From contig NC_134473.1 in the NCBI RefSeq assembly GCF_964194025.1, positions 63,674,001 to 63,738,000 of the forward strand: DNA of 64,000 bases. The letters are read 5' to 3'. Positions 1-11,704 of the stretch are shown here, piece after piece; the stretch's first letter is position 1, and each line of letters begins with the position of its first letter. Below the pieces are notes generated by a model, which made no database searches, had not been told where the DNA came from, and was given only the letters and a program-made list of their open reading frames with translations. This DNA comes from Convolutriloba macropyga (lineage: Eukaryota). Made by a program: the position numbers and the translations under genes.

Positions 1-1
1 G

Positions 2-3000
2 AATGAGAATCACCAATCACATTTTGAACATATCAAAACTGTTATTGCAAACGCTACGGAAAATACTCATTTTAATCCAACACTGGAAACGCGCATCAAA
101 TGCGATGCATCTCGCCAAGGTTTAGGCGCGGCACTCGAACAATTAAACTGCGACGGGTGGAAAACAATAGCTTTCGCATCTCGTTTTCTTAATAGCAATG
201 AAGAACGTTATAGTGTAAATGAACTCGAATTACTTGGGGTGGTTTGGGCCATTGAAAATTTTAAATATTATTTATTTGGGAAAACCTTCACAGTTCTAAC
301 CGATCATAAAGCACTTCTTTCCGTTTTAAAAATACACCGCTCTAATAAATCTTACAACAGTAGATTAACACGATGGATTGACCGTTTGTTACCATTTGAT
401 TTTAATATTGAACATATTCCTGGTACCCGAATGGGCTTAGTTGACTATATTTCGCGACAACCAAATCAGAACGCTAAAAGTGTCAATCAATATGATGAGG
501 AATTTATGGTAGCAACAATTTCCCGTATTCGCGACGCGATTACATCTTTATTTTGTAACGCAAATAAAATTCCTTTCCAAAAGCGGCACATAACTAGTAA
601 TTATAAGCAACAAGTACATCCGACGCGAGTCCACTCTTGCAAACCTGCTAAAATTAGCGCGCATAATTCGAATGCCTCAATTAATTCATTCATTCCTCGA
701 GTACAAGTAAACAATTACAATTCTGAATTCATTTCTAACTTTAATTGCCGTGCAAATCAACTGCTCCAATCTGATACTACACCCGCAGCGCGAATCCCGT
801 CGCAAAACTCTAATTGCAATTTGATAGCTAGTTCCACACAACAAGTACTCCATATCAACATGTCAGCAAAAGAGGCATCACAAAGCAACCAATCAACTTC
901 ACCACAAACCCCAAGAGTGACATTTCGCACCCAATCCACTCCCATTTCATCTACTAGAGCCGGACCCAGCAACACCCAACCATCATCATCACCAGAGGAC
1001 TATGACATTGAACTTTCACGGGAAGAGGTATTCGAAAACAACTTAAACCAACTATTCACCAAATCCTTCCTAGCGGTACTAACAAGCAAAGACGCGGTGC
1101 TGAAAGAGATCCGCGATTGTGTGATGCAGGATGACGAAGCCCGCTGTAAAGAAGTGAGCGCATACATCCACTCCTTCTGGAAGGATCTACATGTAAAATC
1201 TGGGTGTCTGTGTGTTGACCAACGTGTGGCCATCCCGAATTCAATCAAGGAGGCGGTGCTTGAATCCATTCATATGACGCACCCGGGTAGTTGGGGGATG
1301 ATATCTCTCTCCCAATATGCATGGTGGCCCTACATGCATAGGGAAATTTTAGCAAAAACATCCGATTGCGCCCCGTGTACGGAAATTGGTAAGAATTTGA
1401 AACCTATTATACCAAAATCCAAATGGCATCCACACAAAGCTTGTCAAGAACCAAATGAAGAAATTCAAATTGATTTTGGGGGTCCGATAATTAATGATAA
1501 AGACAAAGATATTTACTTCTTAACATGTATTGACCGTTATTCAAAATATCCAACTGTTAGAATATTCGAAAATGCTAATGGGGCAAACGTAGTAAAATTT
1601 CTTCGTGATTATGCATATACTCATGGAATCCCGCGAACGATACGCTTAGATCAAGCAACTTGTCTTGTAAATAAACAAGTCACAAATTATTGTAACGAAA
1701 ATAATATTGACATTCTCGACGCTCCGGTTGGTGATCATAGAGCTATTGGATTGGTGGAGCGAATGATCCAAACAATTAAAAGACGTTTAGCCTGCATGAA
1801 AGCCGAAAATAAAGATACATTTTCTACAGCTAAAGCAATAAAACAAATAGTCTCTGATATACGATTAACTAAACAGAAAACAACAAAGATAACACCTTTT
1901 GAAGCTCATTTTGGTCGCCCTGCAAATACTCCCTTACGGAATATTAGCACACTTCCCTCAAGTAAAAACCTAACTTATGAAAAAATTGTTAATGACTATT
2001 TAGATGCTGAGACAGTTTCTCCGGAGGATTTGCTCGACGAAAATGGATGGATAAGTGCCAACAGAAGTGACACTGAGATAGAGAATAAGATGTGCCAGGC
2101 CTCCCTAGACGCAGGACAACGCTATCGAGAGTCAGACGTTAAAGAGTCCCGCTTTATAACGCACCCACAAATCACAGACCCTATCCCCAGGACCGAACAG
2201 TCCCTTAACGTCAAACTGGCTCGCAAATTACCGCAAAAGAAAAGAGCAAAACGACAACTGGCGGGCTTGTACGAAGTGCTGAAACCTGGCTCCTTCGTCA
2301 CCAAATCGTCACCAACAACGACGATAATTAACGAGCCCGGCAGAACTCCAGTGAAAGTCCGAGATAGCGACCTCGCAAAATTTGGGACTAAAGCAGAACG
2401 ATCTACCAACTTGTGGGTATACGCCCAAAGACGCCCTGCCCCGTACGAAAAAACTACAGAGTTCAAAATCGCGAAGCACAGTAATGATCTCAAGAAGCAA
2501 AAGAGGGGCGAAATCAAGATCAGACATCGCCAACGTGATACTACATCAGTAGTATCCTCTGTAAATTCAAATGTCTCGCGAGCATTAACAGTCCGCAAAC
2601 CAAATAAACCAGTTAAAAGACGCTTTACTGTTCCCACAGCTGATATACAAGAAGATGCCTCAACTCAAAACCAGCCTCTTATATCAATTGTACCGGCCCC
2701 ACCTACACCTACACCACAAGTACCTCCCGCACAAACACAGGACGACCAAACAAAAGGCCGCAAGCGCAATCGGCCTCAATTTTACGGCTTCACAGATGCT
2801 GACATCTCCCCTACAAGCTCTCTCGCCTCCACAAGTTCTACTCAGCCAAAGAAGCGCAAGACTAAAAAAGACAAGAAACAAACAACGAAGTCCGATTCAG
2901 TGGTAGCCCTCATACCAACGGCAGAACAATCTCGAATCCCGTCACCCCCCAGACCTGACTTACAATTGGGACATGTGTCACCACCGGATCCCAGAGTTCG

Positions 3001-3061
3001 ATATTTCGAATATGAGCAAGAACGAGAAATGTCGGTGTGGGATGCTGAAAATGAAATTTAA
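2..3061 (+). CDS. Ty3/Gypsy LTR retrotransposon pol, 3' part (RNase H, spacer, integrase, long C-terminal tail); 5' end outside the window
   Basis: Frame is open from base 2. RNase H motifs IKCDASRQGLGAALEQ, IAFASRFL, YSVNELELLGVVWA, TDHKAL, LTRW. Integrase HHCC finger (HMTHPG...CAPC) and DDE residues (QIDFGGP, IRLDQA, GLVERMIQTIK). RH-then-IN order is Gypsy-type. Confidence 0.95.
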   Translation, partial: NENHQSHFEHIKTVIANATENTHFNPTLETRIKCDASRQGLGAALEQLNCDGWKTIAFASRFLNSNEERYSVNELELLGVVWAIENFKYYLFGKTFTVLTDHKALLSVLKIHRSNKSYNSRLTRWIDRLLPFDFNIEHIPGTRMGLVDYISRQPNQNAKSVNQYDEEFMVATISRIRDAITSLFCNANKIPFQKRHITSNYKQQVHPTRVHSCKPAKISAHNSNASINSFIPRVQVNNYNSEFISNFNCRANQLLQSDTTPAARIPSQNSNCNLIASSTQQVLHINMSAKEASQSNQSTSPQTPRVTFRTQSTPISSTRAGPSNTQPSSSPEDYDIELSREEVFENNLNQLFTKSFLAVLTSKDAVLKEIRDCVMQDDEARCKEVSAYIHSFWKDLHVKSGCLCVDQRVAIPNSIKEAVLESIHMTHPGSWGMISLSQYAWWPYMHREILAKTSDCAPCTEIGKNLKPIIPKSKWHPHKACQEPNEEIQIDFGGPIINDKDKDIYFLTCIDRYSKYPTVRIFENANGANVVKFLRDYAYTHGIPRTIRLDQATCLVNKQVTNYCNENNIDILDAPVGDHRAIGLVERMIQTIKRRLACMKAENKDTFSTAKAIKQIVSDIRLTKQKTTKITPFEAHFGRPANTPLRNISTLPSSKNLTYEKIVNDYLDAETVSPEDLLDENGWISANRSDTEIENKMCQASLDAGQRYRESDVKESRFITHPQITDPIPRTEQSLNVKLARKLPQKKRAKRQLAGLYEVLKPGSFVTKSSPTTTIINEPGRTPVKVRDSDLAKFGTKAERSTNLWVYAQRRPAPYEKTTEFKIAKHSNDLKKQKRGEIKIRHRQRDTTSVVSSVNSNVSRALTVRKPNKPVKRRFTVPTADIQEDASTQNQPLISIVPAPPTPTPQVPPAQTQDDQTKGRKRNRPQFYGFTDADISPTSSLASTSSTQPKKRKTKKDKKQTTKSDSVVALIPTAEQSRIPSPPRPDLQLGHVSPPDPRVRYFEYEQEREMSVWDAENEI

Positions 3062-3440
3062 ATTCAAAAACTTAGTAAAACTATTTTAAACTCCATTCAT
3101 TTATTTAGTCTTGTTTCCGCTCTGCTAATCCACAAATAATGTTAATTTTACTTTGAATTCATTACAATTCATCTTCATTTGTTAGCTTTTAATTCTTTCA
3201 GTATTCGCCTTGCGAATCCACTCATTTCTGTTTGTGCACTTAAATAATTCAATACAATGTATTCATTTCACACGCTTAAATTATGACGCGTACTTGCTTG
3301 ACATTTACACCATTATTTAACATCAGTAGTACTTCTACATCTTAAGTTCATTGATGTTGTCTCATTCAATTTCATGTTTTGTGCAGATATTAAGAAAAAA
3401 TTGTAAATACATTAAAATTTTTTTTTTGTCACGAGGGAAA

Positions 3441-3836
3441 TGTGATACATATGGATACCTAATTATATATCGAAACCTCTATGTGTACTAAATTATTTAC
3501 CCTCTATATATATAATTATATCATGTGTTTTATAAACTAAAAGTTATGACTGCTATTTATTCACCTATACTAATATTCCCGATAGTCTACTAAATTATTT
3601 CATATTTTGTTCATATCGATTTATTACTAACAATCATAATCTCAATAATCAATCTGAATTCAAGTTGCTCTGCTTTTGCTCTTCATAATCCTAAGTTAGT
3701 CTTAGCAGTGGATCCGCATCGCGTTTCCAATAAACATAATTCACGCTACACAAGTAATTGTGTATTCGACTAGCAAATACTACTCAATTTGTAAGACAAC
3801 GCATTCGCACCGCGAATCCTAACTTATTCTGTGACA
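3441..3836 (+). mobile_element. 3' LTR of the Gypsy element
   Basis: Purine tract GAGGGAAA (3433-3440) immediately before TGTGA; AATAAA at 3729; candidate end ...GTGACA at 3836 gives TG...CA termini. The 5' LTR is not in the window, so the right boundary is inferred. Confidence 0.7.
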
Positions 3837-3849
3837 AAAGATATAACAG

Positions 3850-4130
3850 AATGTCAGTCAACTCTCTCGCAGCCAAATTATGTAAGTTAAGGGGAATTTT
3901 CTAACTTCTCAAAGCTATTTACCCGTTATCGTACATAAAATTGGCAGAACTTCTTGGCCTGCACCGTTTTGTGATGGTGAGTTTTAACGAGGGCACTAAG
4001 AGTAATTGACTTCTCAATCACCTTCTCACTTTTTGCACAAGGTTTTCTTTCCGTGCGTTATTTTGAGTATGATATGTTTTCATTTCATTCTGGTATGACA
4101 ATGAGAATTCGAGCAAAACTCTCAAGTATT
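3850..4130 (-). mobile_element. Decayed LINE RT C-terminal remnant
   Basis: Minus strand reads KYLRVLLEFSLSY, resembling the KYLGV.LD..L motif of LINE ORF2; frame is broken afterwards. Confidence 0.35.
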
Positions 4131-5104
4131 TAGTAGAATCACTTTTTTCGGAGAGAGCAATTGGGGACCGCACAGTAAATCGAAAGGCCAGTGGATTGAA
4201 AGTAATAGATTTTTAAAACTTTGGACTGTTGATAAAAAGTGAACAGAAACCGTTTAATATATTCCAATTGAAAACTTCACCCGTAACTAACTCTAAGACA
4301 AATTCAGTGCTGAGTCAGAGTCTAGCTAATTCAGTGAATCATTCCGAATTATCTTCTACTGAAAATTTTCTCGGAATTTTGTTCTGATTCAGAAGTTCAG
4401 AGATCACTTCACAGTTGGTTCTGAAATCCTTCTGAATCAGCACTAACACTGACAACTTCGCTGAAATTGTTCTGAATCCGTACTGATTGTCACTGAATCT
4501 TTGGTAAGGGAAGACTTTTTACTCATTCTTAAGCATGTGATTAGCTTATTTGACCATGTCTAATCTGCCCGCGGGACCCATTTTTAAATATCATCTTTGA
4601 ATTACCGCCCCACTTTTTTGCCTTCAATCTGCTGTCCTAGCCTCAGAGCAATTATTCAGAAGATAGAACTATTTCAAATTTTCAAGCTATCTTACCAACC
4701 AAGCACTTATATCGCACCAAAACCCCATTAATCAACAAAATTTAAAATTTGGAATCACATTTGATTAATATTATTATGAATTATCGTAATTCTAAGTCAA
4801 CATTACATCACAAATTCAACAACAAGTCTTGGAAAAGTTGCCTCAAAATAAGTTTATAGCTGAGCTGACGGTCGGTTCTGAAAGAAGCACAATATTGTAA
4901 TCAATTGATTTGCAGTTCCAGTGAGTAGGTATAACCATATTTGGTGTGAATGTATGGATCGTACATGGTTCTTTTTAGCAACATAGTCTAGATTGGAGTA
5001 GATGTCTGCTGTTGTAGCCGAAACTCCTGAAATGGCAACACTTGAAATAATAACTTGAAATAAAATCCCATAAAGTTGTAACAAAAGCGAACTTTCGAAA
5101 ACTC

Positions 5105-5220
5105 AAACCGACTAACGTCAGGCGAATTGCTCTCAAACGACCGGGGAGCGGTTGGCTTCGTCAGTAGCTAGGTACGGTTTAGTGAGGCTAGCTTTAGCTT
5201 AATTGAAAGAGCTATTTTGA
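5105..5220 (-). mobile_element. Family A non-autonomous Helentron/DINE-1-like element, hairpin end only
   Basis: CCGACTAACGTCAGG plus AATTGCTCTCAAACGA, near-identical to 11708-11810. Confidence 0.65.
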
Positions 5221-5560
5221 ATTTGAAAGTGAGAAAATTAAAAAAAGGAAAATATATCGCTGACAGACTTGGAGAGAAAAAACTACAGACCAAAACGATC
5301 CCAACCAAAAAAGTTATGATGTCCAAATCTATTTCTGTTTTGATAAAGGTCCACAAATAATTTCAATCAAGCAACACAGCATCATATCATTTTAGTTGGC
5401 GTTACCCCAATGCATTTCAGTTTGAGTTTAAAATCTCAAATCAATTCATCAAGGAATCAGAATTGTTCTCACGTAAGCCCTGTAAATAAATGAAATGAAT
5501 CGTTACAAAACTGTCCCATGTCTAAAATTACTTAGCACTGAGTACGTAGTCAAAAAGCAA

Positions 5561-5903
5561 ACATAAACCAAACAATGTCGGAAAAATTTCTCTCGAATGA
5601 CAGTGGTGGGGGCTTTTTTCATGTGTGCAAAACAGCAGACTAAGCTCGGGTTCGAACCCACACTTCTGAGTCCGCTTCCGTCACCTCGACGGAGGTATTA
5701 AACACTCGGCTATCAGGGCCTTGTCATCGTCTCGCTAACAATAGACTTGTTTAAACAATAGTCCGAAATCAAAAAGAAGTGCGTAAAAAAGTCACTTAAG
5801 ACGTCGAAGATTACTCTGAAGGAAAACGCAAAAACGGTCAAGCAAAAAATTTGCATTGAAAAGGCACGCTTTTTTATAATAATTGCTTCTCGAGGGCAAT
5901 TAA
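5561..5903 (-). mobile_element. Family A variant carrying a tRNA-like cassette
   Basis: Degenerate left end (ATGTCGGAAAAATTTCTCTCGAATGAC) and right end (CGGTCAAGCAAAAAATTTGCAT...AATTGCTTCTCGAGGGCAATTAA) match family A. Internal A-box TAGCCGAGTG and B-box GGTTCGAACCC on the minus strand. Confidence 0.6.
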
Positions 5904-6542
5904 AAAAAACAATGCTACAATAAATGACAAATATCGCGAGTTCCTGTATAATACTGGAAACGCATTGCAGACTCGTGCAACGAAAAATCAGAAATATGTG
6001 GCTTTATATTGTTGCGGTTCAGAGCAAAACTTATTGGTGGTGGGTCGCTTGGAGCAATTAATAACAAGCTATTGGTTAAGTTTAGTGTGTTCAGTAAAGT
6101 TGTTGCTGTCAAAGCTGACGCGGGTGAAGCTTGAGAGACAGCGGGTTTCGGGCAGACAGAAGGCAGCAAGGTTATGTGCCGAGGGGAAGGGGATCGTTTA
6201 GAGGACGGGTAGGTAACTTTGGAATCGTGGAGGGCGGCCACGGAAAAGAGGTGAAGGATGGGCTATGGAGAAGGAGCATAGCTTGCGGGTAGTTGAGGGT
6301 ATTTGTTTTGGTAGGGAGTGTCATGGAATCAAAACTTTTCAGAAGTTGCTAAGTACACTGAGTAAACGTTCTCTAAAAGTTAATGCCCAACTTTCATAAA
6401 AGAACCACTCAATCTTCAGTGATACAACTCAGCAAAAATGAAACTGAAGAATAACCGTATTTCTATTTGAGTCCAAGAAAAACCGCTAAGACAAATGATA
6501 GCCTCGCTGTGGTTTCGAGGCTTTTAGAATCAAAAATATTGA

Positions 6543-6905
6543 ACATAAACAACTAACGTCGAACCAATTGCTTTAAAAAAACCGGCAACCGGTTGGCTTC
6601 GGCACCATCAGTGGGTGGTGTGAGCGGAGTGCAGGGTGAGGGGCCAGGCGATGGGAGGATGGGGTAGGGTAGCGCAGGAGCTGAACGAGAGGGTGGTGCA
6701 AATTGCCAGCTTGGAGAAGGGTGGACGAAGGTTGACGGGGGGGGGGGGGTCAGAAGAATAAAAACCGCGGTCCACACCCTGATAATGTCTTCTCAAAACA
6801 GTTTCGGTAATGCGATAGACCTAAAAACTAGTAAGGTTCTAAGAGAGCTGCTCGGCCACTTAATGTCCTCCAGGGGCTACATGTTTATCCCGTTTTTGAG
6901 TAATT
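6543..6905 (-). mobile_element. Family A element, partial, G-rich interior
   Basis: ACTAACGTCGAACCAATTGCT...CGGTTGGCTTCG, then a G-rich tract and CTTAATG...GTTTATCCCGT shared with the 11705-12750 copy. Confidence 0.6.
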
Positions 6906-7419
6906 TGACTAATGGATGCAACTAACGGTATCTGCCTATTTGAAGCCCTAAACTAACAATAAATGTTTGAGGCAATTTCGAAGGATCTTTTTATGAGAGG
7001 GCATAAAATATTCGCAACTCAAGATGAAAGAAGAAAAGAATTGAGATTAAAATGTATAGGTTAAGTGACTGTGACGGCGTCATTGAGATTTTATTGTGCT
7101 AATAGAAAAGAAAATCGCAAAAATCTGGCTAAAATCGGAAAAACTGGCATTGCATTATTTGGCACTACAGAGTTTTGCATTTTTTGAGTTTGCATTTGTT
7201 TCCTTCTTTTGTGAGGTTGAGAGAGAGAGAGAGAGAGAGGGAGAACAAACTAAAGTAAATTGTGCATAAAATCAGTTTGACATAGCTTGTTCACGTTCTA
7301 CCTGCTAAACGTGAACTTAGCTAGAGAGATAACGCCTTGAGTAGCAAGAAAAAGAGATTGGGTTAATTGAGATAACCAGCTTCTTGATATTCAGACCAGT
7401 TTAGGTAATTAGCAGCACA

Positions 7420-7511
7420 CTAGGCTTGCAAGCAAGAGAAGATGGTTCCAATCCAGTAGAAGGCCGTTTTACTGCTTAGACCCCTTAACTCACAAGTCTG
7501 ATTTCCTCCTT
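7420..7511 (-). CDS. Terminal exon of a candidate Cys-rich glycoprotein gene
   Basis: AAAACAG acceptor at 7513-7512; phase-1 start; reads (E)GGNQTCELRGLSSKTAFYWIGTIFSCLQA-stop; phase matches exon 7993-8139. Confidence 0.6.
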
Positions 7512-7992
7512 CTGTTTTAAAGAATTAACAGTTCCTTAACAATCTAAAAATTTTCGGCTACTTGAGCTTCTTTTAAAAACTCAGTTTTCTTGTTTATCAC
7601 CTTTGGTTAAATTTTCACGGAGGCGTCTTACATCAATTTAAATTTTTGCAAATAATCAGGCTTTATAGCCAAGCAAAGTAAAAACCAAGCAAATCTCTTG
7701 GGCACGGTTTTTGATATTTTTTGAATTTCATAGCTCAAACAATAAAGAAAAGGGATAAAAATGGGTAAGGGTAATAATAAAAATTAGTGAACAGAAATTG
7801 ACGTGGAGTAATTTGCCTTGACTTTTTTAACCAACGGAATTCAGTACAACCAATTAGGTTATAAATAGTTCGATTAAATTTTTTTAAAGCATTATTTTCA
7901 TTTTTAAAAAAATTATTCCAACATCAGTTCAATTATATTCTCTGTTGTCAATTTGTATTAACACCTTATAAAAGCAAATATGATATAATTAC

Positions 7993-8139
7993 CCTTTGTA
8001 GACTGATTGAATTTGGCCAGAAACTGACGAGTACATTGAGAGTAGCATCGGCTGTACCCAGTTAAGTTTTCTGGAACAACATTGGCGGAGGCACAGCTCT
8101 CCATACACACTCCCCGTTGGAATTCATCATTTGTGTTGT
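7993..8139 (-). CDS. Internal exon of the candidate Cys-rich glycoprotein gene
   Basis: TTTTTAG acceptor and G|GTAATT donor; 147 nt, phase 1-1, open: NTNDEFQRGVCMESCASANVVPENLTGYSRCYSQCTRQFLAKFNQSTK; GC-richer than its flanks. Confidence 0.65.
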
Positions 8140-9392
8140 CTAAAAATTAAAATATAGTATAACTGACTGCACAAAAAAAGTTAAGCAAAATTCACCTGAA
8201 AAATAACATTAATTTACCAGAAACGTTAAGGCAATTTTGCCTAACTTGAACACTTATCTAAAATTCGACGTAAAAATAATTTTAAAGTAAAAGTGGCACT
8301 ACCTTAAACTTTACCTTAAAAAATCCTTCTTTTTACCTTAACAATAACTTACTTTTACCATAACTGTTATTGCTCTCGAACAAGAAAGAGTTTGGGTTTG
8401 TCTTAACTAAATTAGGCGTAGAGAAGCTGAGATGCTAGCTTCAGAGCCTGAGGATGAAAGCTAGTAGGGGGAGTAAAACTGTGGTTCTGGAGGCAGGTAA
8501 AAATGGGGGAGGGGCAAAAATTGTCCTAACAACTATGAATAACTGCCTCTTAGCAGCTTGAGTAAATCGTACAAATAGAAGTGGGTATGGGGTGTGCTCA
8601 TTGACATAATGTCTTCAAGCTTTACAAAAATATGCCGCTTCTTTCAACAAAAAATCAAATCATTTTAGTGAACGAAAGAACGTTCCAAAAGAAAACAGTC
8701 GAGCAAAAATTTATCATATGTAAAAGTATAACCAGTAAAAGCTCAGAAACGATTCCAATATTCGTTCAACATATTCGCTCAGTGTCGATCAACACAGATT
8801 CTGAACTCACCTTACCTATATATTACAAAAATCAGAAGTATCGACAAAAAGAACGAACTATTTTCAAAAACCAAATGTTAATTGCCAACTAAAACTATAG
8901 AACGCAGACAAAGTTTTCCGGAAATGAGACAAAATTTATGCATGGGTTGGGTGCAGCCGGGGAATGGTGTAGGTAGGGTTGGTGGTTGGGGTGGAGGGGG
9001 GGGGGGGGGTTAGTCGTTTAGGTATGGAAGAGGGAAAAGACTTCCCTTAATTACCTTTCGTCTTTAAATAATATGATGCTTGATGTTAGCTCTTCAAACA
9101 ATTCGAATAGTCATTATTCGAAAAAAGAAATGGAAAAGAGAAGTGAGGAAATCAAATCATGATCAGGAAAAATCTTTAACTTCAAGTCTGTCATACATAA
9201 TGATAAGTTATTGTTCCTTATGTTCATTTCTGCAGTAAATTTTAGTAAAATGTTTTTCTTTTCATATAAGGTATTTCACCACACTTTTCCCGAATGTCAT
9301 ATTTTTTTCTTCTATTTCGCTTAGCGGTTTCACATAAATGTCTAGGCTTAATTCTCCCGCACGGTGAATTCATATCTTGATCATGTTACAAT

Positions 9393-11515
9393 ATTTGTTC
9401 CGACCCTCTTGAGGGGGGAGGAACTATATACTCAAATGGGTTTTTTTTGTTCCGTGAATTTTGGCCGACCGATATGTTCATCGTAGAGAAATGTGCTTGG
9501 TATCATTAAAAAGCTCGTCCCGCGTAGAATTCGAAATTAAAAAGATTTTTTTAATTTCGTTTTTTTTCCGAGGAGGTATCGAGGTTTAAAGTTTCATGTG
9601 AACACTGGATATTTGGTTCACTTTTGTTCACTTTTACCGTAATTTTCGTTCGAATTAACGTTTTTTCTACGAAAAATTTAATTCAAAACTAAATTTCACA
9701 CCAAAAAGTAAATCAATTTTAGGTTTTTAATAGACGAAAGGAGATAATAAAGACTAGTTTCAGTCTTAGAGGGAAGTTTAATATATAAAAAAAAAATTCG
9801 AATTAGGTTTGGGAGCTCTTTTTTTTTTAGAAAATTTTGCAATCTTTTCGTTTTTTCAAGTCACCTAGAGACTACTAGACACTTTTAATATCGAAGTTCC
9901 GTTAATGACAAACCTGTTTCACGATCAAATGAAGCCCAATGAACAAAAAATTTGTTTCGAAGGGATCGCTCATGTTTTTTTTGGACTCGTATCTCAAATT
10001 TGGTATTTTCAAATGAAATTTTGATTTATTTTTTGACGTTTTACTAAAGTTTTATAATCCTATGGCATAAACTTGTTGACTAAAAGTGCAATAGATTTGC
10101 TAATGAGCATTAAGTGAACCTATCTAGTGCTGTGAGTGGACAGCTAATGGCTGTTAAGACTTTGAAAATAAATTTTCGAAAGTTCTTTAAAATTAGTAAA
10201 TCATAAACTTATTTTTGTGAACTGTAAGTTCGTCTCAGTAAAAACAGGATTGAACTCCTTCTTACCACTGCAACATAAGTTAATCTCATTGGCGGTTTGA
10301 TCAAATAACTATTGGTTATACGTCTTCAATGCCACAAGATTTCAAATTTTTTAAAAAATTTTTTGGACATTTCATTTTATTGGTTCATTTTGAAATCTTA
10401 TCACGTCATCCTAATATTGATGGCTACATCTTCCTTCAGTGAAGACGTCAAAAGGATCATAGATAAAATTTTCTGAGAAAAAAATATGGTTTAAATGGCT
10501 TCAACACTTTCTTCTCCCATTTTTCTAAAGAAATTTTGGTTTTTGCCTGTATTTGTTGTTTTTTTTCATAGTCATCAGACATATTGTGATGTCTTTTTGA
10601 TTACCTAGGCATCATAAACATCCTTTTATTCACATCGTGGCATAGCTGAGCGTATTCATTGAATTCCTATGAAAGCTTTTGAGTTTAATGGCTGTTAAGA
10701 CTTTAAAAATATTTTTTTTTTATTTTTTTTTGAACATAAATCAATCTTAAGCTTATTTTCGTGGATTTTAAGTCAGTCTCGGTAATGACAGAACCGTTTT
10801 TTTTATATCAGCAACAATTTATCTAGATAGCGGTTTTGTCTTCTAACTATTGGTTTTTTTGACTTCGGTGCACGAGATTTCATAATTTTTATAATTTTTG
10901 GATTTTTTTTAGTAATTTTGGTTCCTTTTGAAATCGTATTACATTATCCTAATATTGATAGCTCCCATTGGCTTAGTGAAGACGTTCAATGGATCGTTGA
11001 AAAAGTTTTCAGAGAAAAAAGCTTATGGTTTAAATAGCTTCGACACTTCCTTCTCTCAATTTTCTACCGAATTTTTGGATTTTGCCTGTTTTTGTAGTTG
11101 TTTTCATAGTTAATGACTTGTTGTAATGTCTTATTGATAAATTTTGAATGACAAACATCCTAGTCGTCACATAATTTAGGCATAATTTAGCGTATTAAAT
11201 GCCTTCCGTTGAAAGCTGTAGAATTTTTTGACTTTGATACTATGGGTTTTCTCAAAAATTTCGTAGTTTTGATGTATTTTTCTGTGCCATACGACTTATT
11301 GTGATGAGTTTTTGATGTCACATGAATGAAACCTATGATTGCTATTTCATCGAGGCAGAATTTAGTGTGTTTAATTAACTTAAAATGTAGCATTTTTTTA
11401 AAATTCAAACATCTATTTTTGTTATCTCTTCATTTGGTTGACAATTAAGTCAAAAATGTAGATGAGCTCGGGTCGGAACATCATGTGCGAACACACATTA
11501 ACGAGCCGCCTTGTT
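9393..11515 (+). mobile_element. Family B non-autonomous Helentron/DINE-1-like element, about 2.1 kb
   Basis: GTTCCGACCC at the 5' end, its inverse GGGTCGGAAC at 11470-11479, then hairpin ATGTGCGAACACACAT and GAGCCGCCTTGTT. Ends are homologous to 17512-20117 and 40487-43084; interior has degenerate tandem units. Confidence 0.7.
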
Positions 11516-11704
11516 CAATTTTATTCTCAAACTTAAAGTGTAATTGTAGTTGAGAATTCGCTCCGCGAGATACAAATGTAATATCTCCCAAATGCAATTT
11601 CAAAGCAAAGTTTGTGTTGCTTATTTGGTTACCGCACTCGCCGATCAAAATCAGTGCACTTAAATAGTACAATTACATAACAGTTACATAAAAAGGTACA
11701 ATTA

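Noticed and set aside
4854-5084. 76-aa hydrophobic ORF as an exon
   Set aside because: Non-ATG start, no clear splice sites, no recognisable family; cannot be supported.
5635-5719. Bona fide tRNA gene
   Set aside because: A and B boxes are present but I cannot fold a convincing acceptor stem and anticodon arm; it lies inside a repeat.
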